Notes under the pieces: generated by a model
Told to the model about the DNA's origin: nothing
Database searches by the model: none
The model's input: only the letters and a program-made list of their open reading frames with translations
Position numbers and translations under genes: made by a program
Origin: Intoshia linei
Lineage: Eukaryota; Animalia; Orthonectida
Assembly (NCBI GenBank): GCA_001642005.1
Contig: LWCA01000321.1
Coordinates: 1-32,689 of the forward strand
DNA: 32,689 nt
Direction of reading: 5' to 3'
In this document: in pieces, positions 1 through 13,390 of the stretch
How the letters are laid out: the number at the start of each line of letters is the position of its first letter
How positions within the stretch are numbered: position 1 is the first letter of the stretch

Positions 1-136
1 AATATTTAAATTAAATTTTAATTTACAATTGTATTTTATATAGTTTAAAACTAAAAACTTTAAAATTCCAATTCAACATTATAATTTTGTAAATAAGTAA
101 TATGAGTACGTTTTTAGTACGTTTTTAATCTGGCAG

Positions 137-313
137 CTTTAATTAAAGTAAAGTGTCCGGAAAAAATACGTACTATCAACTTTAGTTTATTTGGTGTTAA
201 ATGTGAAGCCAAAACTACCTATCTATGATGACGAACAAAAATTTTCGGCTTAAAATTTATTCCAAATAAACTAAAAGTGATAGTACGTATTTTTCTGGCC
301 ACTTTAATTAAAG
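137..313. repeat. Foldback / MITE-like long imperfect inverted repeat
   Basis: 137-214 (ctttaattaaagt...aatacgtactatcaactttagtttatttgg...aagccaaaa) matches the reverse complement of 243-313, with a loop of about 28 nt. Confidence 0.7.
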
Positions 314-391
314 AGAGCGCATTCAAACGAAGTTGACATTGAAACTGGTGATCTCTTTTTAAGATATAAATGTAAAGTATTTTTATTAATT

Positions 392-457
392 TGGGGCCTT
401 TTTTAATGAGTGGCCCTGGGCTACAGCCCATATTGCCCATGCCTTAAAACGGCTCTG
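392..457 (-). mobile_element. hAT-like transposon terminus (remnant)
   Basis: The reverse complement reads CAGAGCCGTTTTAAGGCATGGGCAATATGGGCTGTAGCCCAGGGCC, a GC-rich CAG-initiated end typical of hAT MITEs. No partner end was found. Confidence 0.45.
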
Positions 458-544
458 GTTAAACTGATTAAAATGAGCCATTTATGATAGAAAAGTGTTT
501 AAAAGTTGAAAAATTTAAAATAAATAATTTACATATTTACTCAA

Positions 545-589
545 AGGGCCACCAAAATTATTCTTTGGACCACTGGTTGCCGACCCCTG
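545..589 (-). mobile_element. hAT/Buster-type terminal inverted repeat remnant
   Basis: The reverse complement is CAGGGGTCGGCAACCAGTGGTCC. The flanking 8-mer gtcTAcaa (590-597) fits the Buster nnnTAnnn target site. Confidence 0.55.
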
Positions 590-1064
590 GTCTACAATAG
601 TACTAATCAGGAACTTCAATCATAAGGGGTTAATATTTTAATTTATTAATTGGTAATGTTGGAAAATTACTTAAGTATGTCAAAATTATGATGACCAATG
701 CGATTCACAAGTTATTTTAATTTTTTGGTAATAAACGATCGATTAAACAATGTATAATATACATTATATACATTGTATATACGTCCCAAATTAAAAAAAA
801 TGCAATTTCAATCTGACCGGGGCTATAGCTGGCTCTTCACGGTATGTTACTACTACTCTAATCTTTTTAAAATATAATCATACATATTTATAAATTATAA
901 ATTTTCTCTGAAAATACATAAATGTCTAAAAAATGGGTTTACTTTTATGAATTATAATTATAATTGGAATAAAAAAAATAAATTTAACCATCCCGTGGTA
1001 CTACGTTCAGCGATGAAAAATTTGCATTTATTAAAAATAAGCATTTAAAAATTATAAAAAACTA

Positions 1065-1334
1065 CATTCGTTTTAAATCAGTGATTACCGATTCAAATAG
1101 TGTACGGACCCCATTTCAAAATATTTATGAAAAAACTAAAAGTTTTTTCTCATAAGTAAGATTTAGTAAAATCGTGTTTTAAAAAAAATATCGAAAAAAA
1201 GGGATTTTTCACTGAACGGTTTGAAAAGTTATTTTTGATTAAATTTTATTAATGGTGGGATAAAAGTGGGATTTTTGAAATAATAATAGTAGCTGTCGTT
1301 TAGGATTTGGGATAAATTTTCAAAATCTGGCAAC
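1065..1334 (-). repeat. Dispersed repeat family, copy 1 (related to 21112-21645 and 25140-25330)
   Basis: ttaatggtgggataaaagtgggattttt is the reverse complement of aaaaatcccacttttatcccaccattaa near 21286-21313. The copies also share ccgattcaaata and ttttctcataag blocks. Confidence 0.6.
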
Positions 1335-2412
1335 TCTGTAATAAATATTAAAAATTCTTATACAATAAAAATAAACAAAAGTTGATAAATTTTTTTATAT
1401 TTTATTTGAATTTCACGGACGCCAAGTCATATAGTTTTGGACTCCTAGAGGCCCAGGGACCCAATCAGAAACCAATGCTTTAAATATAACATTGTATTTA
1501 CGAAAATTACATTAAATAAATTTAAACATTAAAAAAAAACTATTTACTGCAAAAATTTTTTTAACTGAAATTATGATTCAAATCAGGATTGGCAAAGTGG
1601 TTCATATGGAATCTTGGGGTCTATTAAAAATATTCGGGTTTATCAAAAGATGGATATTATTGAGTGACATTGGCACATAAAAATTTAATATTTAGTAAAT
1701 TTACAAATTACTTTTTTTAGGGGTTTTTGACCCGTAATTTTGACTAAATCTCGTCATACAAAAGTGAAATTTTTATTTTGAAAATTTTACTTCAAATTGT
1801 TTACTTGATCAATGTCGTTTTTGTTTGTGCCAGTATTACCAAAATCGATCACTCTACTCAAAACCAAAATGAATTTACTAGCGGAAAGGTCCAACCATTA
1901 GACTTTTTGTCAAATGGTACCATTGTTCAAAATTGATCATTAAAAAATTATATTCTTGAATATCATAACTATGTTGTGTTAAATTTTAAATGTTAAGTAA
2001 AGAGTCTTGGAGAGGTGGGTAGAGGTTATACGACACTACGCATCGTTTAAGATTTTTTATGGTCCTACTCGTAATTTTCGGGTGATTCGGGCTTGGCAGG
2101 TGAGGCACTGTATTTTCTTATGTGATTATTTTGGAAAATGTCGTTATATATGGATTAATTAAAATTATTATTTTTGGAATTTGATATGCATTTGTGTAAT
2201 GAATTTCAACTATTGAATAAAAAAATTAAATAAATATTAATATTGATTATTTTTATATAAATTGATTCATAGAATTTTCAATTTGATAATAATTTCTTGT
2301 CTACACAAAAAATAAATTAAATATCTAATAATTTTTATATATAAGATGATATATAAGATTTAATGAATGCCTTTATTTTGATATAATAATAATTAAATTA
2401 ATAACAATTTAG

Positions 2413-3512
<1,100 letters not shown>

Positions 3513-4194
3513 ATAAAATGTTAATCAATCATTGTAATTGTTCATAATATATATCTTAAATTTAATTTTTTTTAAAATTATTTTTGTATAACCTGAGGCA
3601 GAATATCTAAATTTTGACAAACCACTCTAGAAATCATTGCTATGACTAGAATATAAATAATTGAATAATGATAATTGATATTCTTTTTATCGTAAAGATC
3701 AATGCCCCGTCAATTTTTTTTGTTAATATTTGCGTAAAGAATTTTAAAAACAATTGTTATCTTATTTTTTTAATTTATTAAATAAAATGTGTTTATAATA
3801 TTAAAAATAAAGTAAAAACAGTCGAATCCTAAAAATTGTCATCAATAACATAAATTACAGCAAAATAAATTATAAAAATTTATTTTTAATTTGATGATAT
3901 ATATTCAGTACCAATTTAATAAATACTTAAAAATACCAATTATGCATCAATAATTAATAGAATCTTCACTTTATAAATACATTTCAGTCGAATTTTACCA
4001 ATATTGTAATGGATGGTAATAAATATAAAAATAATATTAACAAAGTTTTATTACTTATAGTTTCGTTGTTGTAGTTTTTATTTAAATTTTATTCAAAGTG
4101 TTTTGAAAATGAGAATTTGAAATTTATAAATTGCGTAGCAATGAAAAAAATTCCGAAGGAATGAATTATATAGACTTTCACCCACAATTCTTTA

Positions 4195-4589
4195 TTGAAA
4201 ATGTGTAGACGTTCAATGCACATTTTTTTTGAAATTGTAGGATCAATATTTATTTTAATCGAATATTTGAAAAATATTGGTTGATAATATATTAAAAATT
4301 ATTTTTCATCGGGAACGCGTAGATTTTTGGGGTTAAAATTTTGTATTTATATCAACTGGAATAAGCTCTATCAGAATAATTNNNNNNNNNNNNNNNNNNN
4401 NNTTGAAAATGTGTAGACGTTCAATGCACATTTTTTTTGAAATTGTAGGATCAATATTTACTTTAATCGAATATTTGAAAAATATTGGTTGATAATATAT
4501 TAAAAATTATTTTTCATCGGGAACGCGTAGATTTTTGGGGTTAAAATTTTGTATTTATATCAACTGGAATAAGCTCTATCAGAATAATT
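4195..4589. other. Scaffold gap (21 N, 4382-4402) flanked by a near-identical 187-bp duplication
   Basis: 4195-4381 equals 4403-4589 apart from one visible T/C difference (tattttaatc vs tactttaatc). Confidence 0.9.
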
Positions 4590-4900
4590 TTTTTTTTTTA
4601 ATTTTCGGACCGTTAATTATTTCACATTTTTTGTTTCAATAAAATATTTCGGACAAAAAAATATAAATACTAAAATCCTTTTTTGACCGTGAAGTCGTCA
4701 CTTATTCGATTTGAAATTTTTTGTGTGTGTTAACACGATACAACTGTACCACCTGTACATTTTTTTAAGTATATGGCTTTTTTCATTAAAAAAAGATTGG
4801 TAATATGAGGTTTTGGTCCTGAAGATATAATCTTTTAAATTTAAATTTATGATAATTTTTATCATTTTAAAATCCGTATCAGTGTATATATTTTTTAATC
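4495..4900 (-). mobile_element. Partial copy of a Helitron-like repeat family (homologous to 9585-9970)
   Basis: Blocks collinear with the 9559-10161 element: ttatttttcatcgggaa..gtagattt..ggggtt, aactggaataa, tttttgacc.tgaag.cgtcactt and ttgaaattttttgtgtgtgttaac. Confidence 0.65.
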
Positions 4901-4990
4901 CAAAAAAATTGAGCTAGAAACAAATTTAAAAAAATAAACTGTATAACTAAACATGGAGAACAATATTATAAAGTCTCTACCACGTTTTAT
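4899..4990. repeat. Dispersed repeat, inverted copy at 25706-25822
   Basis: aaactgtataactaaacatggagaacaatattataaagtc is the exact reverse complement of sequence near 25722-25761. Confidence 0.75.
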
Positions 4991-5463
4991 AACGAATATT
5001 TTTATAACGCTGTGGTGAAAAATGTTAGAAATCACTTATATACAGTATAGCTCATTATCAATTTTTAGTTGGACACACATATAATTTGCTGGGTCCACAA
5101 ATGCGCCAGGGCGCACCGTTTGAAAATATGGTTTTACAGAAATATCATAATTACCAGTGGTAATTTACCACATTACCCATCACTAATTTAATGTTTTTAC
5201 TTAATAATTATCAACTTCTTAGATTGATGAAATAATTGCGTAATTTTTTTTAATGTTGCGGTCCGCGAAATTTGCAAAATGTATTTGTTGACCCTGACTT
5301 GCCATGTATTTGAACCACCATGGCATAGATAATAATCAATACTTTTACAATATTTTGTATAATTATTTTATAATCCAGCTTTAATAGTTTTAAGTTAAAT
5401 TTTCGAAAAAAGGGACTATCAATTAATATTTATTATATATTTATGCTTATCAATTTAAAATTA

Positions 5464-5908
5464 TCAATACATACTTTGATTCTGTTTATCTATTTTTTCT
5501 TGAGCATAACTGTAATTCCTTTCCATTTCCTTGACTTGGTCAACCCTGCTCGAAAGTGAATTTGTAATAAAAGAAAGATTTGAGTTTGGATCGTTTCTTT
5601 TAAGTAAATTCAACATATTACTAGTTCTTATTGTATCCACTCCAGCCATCCTATGGTTAATTTTAGACCGCATTGCAAAAGGATTCGAAGTATAATTTGG
5701 CGGTTGGTGGGTTAATCTTGGCTTACCCGCAAATCTCTATATTGAAAATATCAGTATTTACATGTTAAATTAACAATCATGGTGCATAAAATATATAATG
5801 TAAAATTATATACCGGATTATAGGAATATCCACGGGGTTGATAATTAGAATTCTAAATAAAACAAAATCAATATTATTGAAACAAATAAATACAACTGTA
5901 GTATACAT
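5464..5908 (-). CDS. Orphan protein (about 107 aa), or the 3' exons of the gene starting at 7447
   Basis: In-phase exons 5908-5897, 5852-5814 and 5736-5464 with GT-AG introns of 44 and 77 nt give MYTTNSNYQPRGYSYNPRFAGKPRLTHQPPNYTSNPFAMRSKINH...KQNQSMY*. No recognised domain. Confidence 0.6.
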
Positions 5909-6607
5909 TAATCAATAATATAGATATGTAATTATACTTCCGTATCTAAATAATAAAATGTTTAAATTTACCGCTACAAATAAAAATTAGTATAATAAAA
6001 TAAATACTATAAACTAATAGTAGTTAATCAAAGAAATTAACTAATTTATAATATTACGCTTTTTAAATTGATAATTATATGGATTTATTCTGAACTATAT
6101 CAATACGTATAATCATATGAGGTGTAAAAATTATTTCTACTGATAAACGTTTTTCAATTTTCATAATTTACATTAACATTAATATAATGATGATGGTGAG
6201 TAGTTTCAATTTACCCAATTTTTAACGATATTATGGACCCAAGATTAATAGAAACCACAAAAATATTGTTAAAAAATAAATGTTATGATTAATTAACAAA
6301 ATCGATGATTATGTAGCTGTAAGATGTATTGCTGAAATGATTGTCGCTCAACTAAATGTTTTCCACGATTTACAAATCTTAATTTAAATATAAACAGCTT
6401 TAAATGATGTAAAATAAATATAAACCAATATCAACATTAAAAAACACACAAGTGTTATACAAACAATATAATTTCTACTAGTTTTGAAAATTATTAAGAG
6501 CAAATTTTAATACAAAAAAGTAAAGTAAAAATTGTTTTGAGAAGCCAAAATAATTGTTAATAAAAAATAAAATATACTTTTTTTCCAAAAATTTTTATTT
6601 TATTTTT

Positions 6608-7447
6608 TAATAACCTTTTAGCGTTTCATCAAGACTAAAACAGGTTTTTATAATATATACGTTTCGCAATGGGCGTCATTATGCTTGTTATAACCTAAAA
6701 TATTAAAAAAAGTTAAGACCGTTTTTATGTACATTGTCCTTGACCTCAAAAAAACTTAATCTAGAAAGAATATTTAAAAATTATTATGAAACTTATTAAA
6801 AATAATCTATAAATTGTAAGAATTAGATCACATAAAAACGAGGTAGAAAAAGATGACTCAGAGTTTCCGAGTTGAATATGATTTTACGATTTACAAATAT
6901 AAATATGATTAATTTGCTCCTAAATGTCGTAAATGGGAAAGGTTTTTTCACATTCGACCTGTAATTTTAATTTTAGAACCAGATTAATACGCACAAAATG
7001 TGAATTTTGAAATTATGATAAAAATTAATTGTCATGTGCAGTAAAATCAAAAAAATTACATTGATTCCGAACATTCAACTGTTGACCTGATAATAAATAT
7101 AAATAAAGAATAAAATAACAAAAAACCAGATTTCTGATTTGCAAGTTCCTTTTGTCTAATCTGATGGTTGCGTTTAACACTTCTCAAACGCTCCATATTG
7201 AGTGTGTAAGCTTCACCGTGTTTTTCACTAAATTTTTTAAATTAATATATAATAAACAATAACCTATCTTCGTGGTCATTAGAACGAGACCTGGACCTAG
7301 ATGTAGAATTATTGGACGAGCTGTCCTAAAATTAAAATAATTAGAAAAAAAGTAATAAAAGCTGACAATTAGAAAAATAATAAATTTAATTACTAATCTA
7401 TTGTTTCGCTTTTTTTGTCTTCTACGTTTTTTCGATTTTTTACTCAT
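6608..7447 (-). CDS. Unknown protein with a basic, Ser/Arg-rich N-terminus; 3' structure unresolved
   Basis: The first three exons splice cleanly to MSKKSKKRRRQKKRNNRL|DSSSNNSTSRSRSRSNDHEDS|EKHGEAYTLNMERLRSVKRNHQIRQKELANQKS. Further small exon-like blocks lie at 6608-6761. The gene is divergent from PIP4K. Confidence 0.55.
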
Positions 7448-7640
7448 TGAAATTTGAATCTGTCAATCTATAATTAGGAAATTAATCGTATCTTGGTAAT
7501 AAAGAATATAAAGTTTATCTCGTTTAGTCTAGTAAATTATTGATTTTATATCTTGTATATACCAAGAATGCGTTAAACATGCTAAAATTATATCATCTAG
7601 TATAAATTTAACCATTTGCAAGTAAAGATTTAAAAGCAGA

Positions 7641-10600
7641 ATGCCCAAAAAACCTTTAAAAATAATTACTCAAAAAGTTAAAGTATTCCGAAGAAATAAT
7701 CCAATTATTAGTATTTTAATGTGGGGGATTAATTATTCTGTAATTGTCATTGTATTATGAGAAATGAATAATATTTAGATGTCCGAATTGAGTCAAGCTA
7801 CCATACCTGCTGTACTTTTACCAGAATATTTCAAAGCCTATCTCAAAGTCAAAGTTGAAAATTGTGGATTCAACAAGTTTTTTTAAATTAATTTGATTGA
7901 TAAATTTTAGAGATAAACTACCTAGCAATTATAAATTTAAAGAATACTTTCCCATGGTCTTTCGTGATCTTCGAGAACGATTTAATATTGACGATGAAGA
8001 CTATTGTGTAATTGATTTTTTATGAAGGGACATTAATTTATATTGATCTTAGACTTCTATGACGAAATATGATCCACAAGCAACGAAGGATATGGGCAGG
8101 AGTGGTTCCAAACTTTATAGATCATATGATCTCAAATATTTTGTAAAGACAATCAGTAAAGACGAAGTATCTGTTTTACACAAGTTCATTCCTCACTATC
8201 ACCACGTATTGAAAATCTTTAAAAAGTATACGTTGATATTTAGTATTTGGTCAAAAATCAATGTGAAACACTTTTGTGTAAATACGTCGGATTGTACAGA
8301 ATTACTGTTAATCAAGGCGAAACCTATATTCTTGTACAAAAATCTTGCTTTCCACCAATATATCCTATACATAAAAAATACGATTTAAAGGTATTTTTAG
8401 AATATATTGACCTGAATTTAATTATTGGAAAATTATTTTTATCACATTCAACCAAATTTTCTGTCAGGTCATATTTAATTTTTAACGAATTTTCTCATTA
8501 GGCTTAGCATACTTAGCCAAATTAAATATTTGATTTGTATATCTCTGATCTCTGTCAAACTAAATATTGATATCTTTTAAAATAATTATAATTGCATACT
8601 ATTACATGTGCAGAGATACTATTTTGATGAACAGCTACAGTGTTACACGTATAAATTGTGTCATTGATTTTTGTAGCATAAATGTTAATATTGTATATTA
8701 TAAGTATATACATTTTACCAAGTTATTGAAAGGAGAATTAATTGCATATTGTTGACGTATCATGGGATTTTAACTTTTTTTTGATGAATTAAATTAAATT
8801 ACGCATGTGATTTTTTTCATTAAAAAATAATCATAGCATATTCAAAATATTATTACGATTCTGATAATTAATCAAAAATAATATTAATTAACTAGATTGA
8901 CTGTGATATACTTGTTTCAAAATGATATTTAATGAAATTAAAAATTTAACTTCGCAAGATGCAAGTTTAACACATATATATTTTTAATTTTACAATTAAG
9001 TTAATTAAAATGTATCTTTTATTATATAATTAGGTATTATTAATGAAATCTTTTTCTATAATATTTAAGCATTCATTTATTTTTTGAGATAAGTGTGGTT
9101 TTTTAGTAAAGATTGTTTAAGAAAGCTAATCGATTCAAACAATCTTTTATGTCAAAGGTATCAGTAAAATCACTATTTGACTGATAGGATTCAATAGTTT
9201 CATTAATGATATCTTCTTCGCTTAATTGATTGTTTCTTGTGGTTAAATTTTCATCAGAGCGAGAATATTCGTCAAAATCAATGTCCACTTCATAAAAACT
9301 TGAAAGTTATTCCATTCTGTAATATCAGGTAAAACAATTTCCTTATTCAAATTACTGTTTTCTAATTAAAAATCTTTGCTTTACTGAAACAATCAAAAAT
9401 TGTTTCAGTTTTCACCCTTCGCCAAGCCTATTTAACTTAATTTAACTTAGCGGGACACGTTTTATAGTATAATGTTATTGAATATAACTTTAACTTGGCG
9501 AAAATTAGACTTTTGAATTGCTATGAAAATTGTTATAAATTTCTAAAAAGCGTGATTGCTTGTAATAAGCGCGATAGCGCTGTATATTAAAAGTTATTTT
9601 TCACCGGGAATGTGTAGATTTCTGGGGTTGAAATTTTGTATCTATATTAACTGGAATAAACTGTATCAGATTAATCTTTCTTTTTTTTAATTGTAGGACC
9701 TAATTAATTATTTGAAATTTTTTGTTTTCATAACAGTTTCGAATTAATAAAATTAATACTAAAGTGCTTTTTTGACCATGAAGGCGTCACTTTGTCAGAT
9801 TGAAATTTTTTGTGTGTGTTAACTCGATATAACTATATCATTTATATTTTTTTAAAATTCTAGGGTTGTTTTCATTTTTTAAAAAAAGGTAATCTGGAGT
9901 TTTGATCGTGAAAATTATCATAATGTTGATAAAATTAAAATCTTTGTCAGATTGTGCATTTTTTATAATTCTAGGACGAGTTTGAATTTAAAAAAAAGAA
10001 GACAATTGGGGTTTTTGACCTTGAAGGACTCAATTTCTGAAAATCAAATTTGCGATAAAATAACTCGAAAAACTGTAATAGAAATATGAAATTTTTAAAA
10101 CTCGACTTCTTACTTTCCTAAATAAACTAACAGACATTTTAAATTACTTTATAAGTAAGGATTTGTATTACTACCATTATTTAATGTCGATCTAAATTTT
10201 TACAAAATTGAAGATGAGGGTGTTTAATTTTTTTATAAAAAATTGTTTTAAACTAAAGTTTACTGAATTGTGAAATATTAAAAAGTACTTAGTTGTACTA
10301 TAGTGAGCTAATAATAATATTTAATTCGAAATTAAGGGTTCAACTGTATCTCGTCAAGCTACCACGAAAGAACGTAAAAAAGAATTGCCTACATTGAAAG
10401 ACAACGACTTTATGAATGAACTAACATATATTGATGTAGATGTTGAATCAAGAGAAATTTTATTGGAAAAACTAAAATCAGATGTTGAGGTTGATATAAT
10501 GTTTGATTATAACTATACGAATTTTAGTTTTTGCGCATGCAATCAGTTATGGATTATAGTTTAATAATTGGAGTTCACGATTTAGACGCAGTCATAAATT

Positions 10601-11070
10601 CTGACGTAGAAAATGATGAAGAGTGTCAGTATCCTACTATGACAAACTCTGAAAGTGATAGAATGTCAAAAATAACGCAAAAATCTACAGATTCTGATGA
10701 CAATGTCGACTTGGTCAATGTCTATGAAGCTGATCAGGTTATAATTGAGGCAGTAAATATTGAATCGATTGCTTCAGATAATAATAGGGGTTTTTATGTG
10801 TTAAAAAGTAAAGATACAAGTACAATGTAAATATTGCAATTTTAGGTACATCGGCTAACCATATTTATATCGTAGGAATAATAGATTTCAATACTACATA
10901 TGGAATGAAGGTAAATCTGATAAAATAACACGAATTAATGTCTATAATAGAAACGTACGGCTCATTCTGCTAAAACTCTCAAACATGGTGCAGATGCTGA
11001 AATTTCAACTGTTAACCCAGATCAATATGCAAAAAGATTTATCAACTTTATATCTAAATCTATTCGATAA
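7641..11070 (+). CDS. PIP4K2: Phosphatidylinositol 5-phosphate 4-kinase (type II PIP kinase)
   Basis: The spliced product has [47 protein letters not shown]|[24 protein letters not shown] and the type II activation loop [30 protein letters not shown] at 7641, stop at 11068-11070, one long intron at 8391-10336, the others about 34-45 nt. Confidence 0.95.
9103..9427 (-). mobile_element. pogo/Tigger-type transposase remnant (frameshifted) in the PIP4K intron
   Basis: [20 protein letters not shown] resembles the AW..V...TI.NCF.KAGF end of the DDE_1 domain. It is followed after frameshifts by the Tigger-like acidic tail [16 protein letters not shown]...LSEEDII. Confidence 0.7.
9559..10161 (-). 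mobile_element. Non-autonomous Helitron-like element
   Basis: The minus-strand 5' end is A|TCCTTACTTATA at 10161. A subterminal hairpin AGCGC-TATC-GCGCT is followed by a degenerate CAAG in place of CTAG at 9559. The interior is homologous to 4495-4900 and 14712-15169. Confidence 0.6.
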
Positions 11071-11190
11071 CAAGTTCTATACTTTAAAAATATTTATGAA
11101 TCAACTGAATTTTAATCAACTCTCGAATGTATCTAATTGTTCTTATAAATAAAATAATCAATAACTTTACTATGTTTAATTAATGGTAAA

Positions 11191-11994
11191 TTAATCCATT
11201 CTTTGTTTCAGTTGACGAGTAATGACCTTATCGGGAGTTCTAATTAAATTTATTAAATATATTCAAGAATAAGATACATAATATAGACTTCGCAACCCCA
11301 ACCAGATATAGCATCTCGATCAGAAGCCATCAATATGCATTGTGAAATTGTTTCAAAGAGTTGTTCAGGATTCTAAGAATTATACATTATAAACGGCCAT
11401 TTTACCATATTTTCACGAAATGTACTTTCGCACGCACCGTATAATTGATCTTCACAGGTTCCACTAACCAGAAAATTATTGGTAGACATTTTGCATCCAA
11501 TTAAATCGGTTGATCCTATGTACGGTTCAAAAGTGTCTGGTTTAAGACCTGCGACAACTGGTTCGATAAAATATGGACCAAACCTTAAATTATAAGTAAT
11601 AATAGCGGATTTTGTACCTTCTCTCGTAAAGCAAGTTTGATAACATTGTTAGAGTTACATCTGGTGGTACATATCGGTCTTCGCGGTATTCGTACATGTT
11701 TACACGATATTTAAGCCTTTGCGATCTAAATAAAATTAAATATCAATTAAAGTTTTTTAAAATACACAGTTTGTACATCTGTAGCTAAACCAGCAAATCC
11801 AACATATACGTGGGGTGAAAATTCATATATTTTTTTAAAGTCCATTGAGATGGTCGCTAAATTTATCCCTAAGCGTTTGTCTGATGCAATTGCAACACAT
11901 CTGTCTCCACACATGGCCACCATTGCGCTTCCATTATATTCTAGGGCACTCTAATTAAAATGTTTATATTGGTTGACTAAAAAATTCTTACCAT
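11191..11994 (-). CDS. PSMB3: 20S proteasome subunit beta-3
   Basis: M|SALEYNGSAMVAMCGDRCVAIASDKRLG...GFAGLATDVQTV...RFGPYFIEPVVAGL...DLIGC...SGTCEDQLYGACES...DRDAISG...RQLKQRMD*. The first coding exon is ATG only, and the five introns are 33-41 nt. Confidence 0.97.
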
Positions 11995-12023
11995 TTACGA
12001 TAATATGTTCAACTTTATTTTAA

Positions 12024-13385
12024 ATGAAAAATGTTTCTGTGATATGCGACATTCGACTTCATAAAGGACTTTGTTGGTGTGTGGCATGGCATCATAGTGG
12101 TAAAGTACTAGCTTCTTCAGGACAAGACACTATCGTTTATTTGTATTCTTTTGAAGGTGCTTATACGCTTTATTTTTTATAAATTTCAATTGTCATTACA
12201 GACGAAAAAATACAATTGATAAGGAAACTAACAAAGGATGAATTTACTAGAACGGTCAGGTGCGTTAATTTTTCACCAGATGGTTCTTTATTATCAGCAA
12301 CCAGTTTTGATGGCCAAACAGCGATTTGGAAAAATTTTGATAATGTTAGTATCGTGACGGGAAGCGGGAAAGAATGCAAAGGCGGTTCATGGTCTCAAAC
12401 TGGTGACTATATGGCTACTTGTGAAAAAGATAAAAACGTCTGGATTTGGGATGGTTTATTTTTAATAATTACCATTTCATTGTTTAGTTATTGACGACGA
12501 AATTGAATATAATTGTGTTATAAATGATCATAAAGACGACGTAAAAACGGTTGAATGGATACCAAACAATGATGTATGTTAAAAAATTGAATGATTTCAA
12601 CAATTTTAAGGTATTAGTTTCTGCCGGTAGTGATAAATCCATCAGAATGTATTGTAATTCAAACGATGACTGGGAAATTGTTTCGTTGATTGAGGGTATT
12701 TATTTTTTTATAATGTAGTTTTATTTATTTCAATTAGATGCTCACGATTCAATAGTTTGGTCATTGTGTTTTGACAAAAGTGGGAAAAACATGATATCTG
12801 TTGGTCAGGATGGTTATTTAAAAATTTGGACAGGTGGACACCATGTTTAAAATGTTTAATATTTGAAATCTAGCCAACTGTTCACTAGAAAATTGGACTA
12901 ATCATTATAAATTCAATTTTAATTGTCCCGTTTATTCAGTTTCTCTGTATGTGATTTATTTCTTAAAATGTGCATTATTGTAGAGTTTCACCCAGCAGAA
13001 TTATTTTGAATGTTAATTTATTAACCTTTTGGTGACCTGTTTCATATTTATGCAAATTGCTTTAATACTTGTGACATTTTATATTAGGGATGCCAGCAAT
13101 AATAAATTGGTTGTAGCTCTAGGGCCCTATGGAATATCAATTTTGGAAACAGCCCTTGAAAAAATCGATGCAAATATTGAAATCGATAGCGACACTGGAT
13201 GTTTTTCTGAAACCACTCCAGACTACCTCTTAAAATTGAAAAATATAATTTTGGAAAGTAGAATAGATAGCAAAGATTGTCATAAATTAATGGGAATAAA
13301 TTGTGTTAAATTCCATCCAATAATACAATCCATTTTTGCTACAGCTGGGGATGACGGAAGAGTTGTAATTATGAAATGTAAATAA
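12024..13385 (+). CDS. CIAO1: Cytosolic Fe-S cluster assembly WD40 protein CIAO1/Cia1 (divergent)
   Basis: Spliced WD40 blades: CWCVAWHHSGKVLASSGQD, RTVRCVNFSPDG..SATSFD, ATCEKDKNVWIW, DHKDDVKTVEW, NDDWEIVSLIEDAHDSIVWSLCFD and INCVKFHP..FATAGDDG. The motif order matches CIAO1. Confidence 0.88.
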
Positions 13386-13390
13386 AATAT

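Noticed and set aside
4195-4589. Apparent 187-bp tandem duplication
   Set aside because: The copies exactly abut a 21-N gap and differ by one visible base, which indicates an unmerged contig overlap or allelic artefact.
12170-12379. Minus-strand 69-aa ORF
   Set aside because: Antisense shadow of CIAO1 exon 2.
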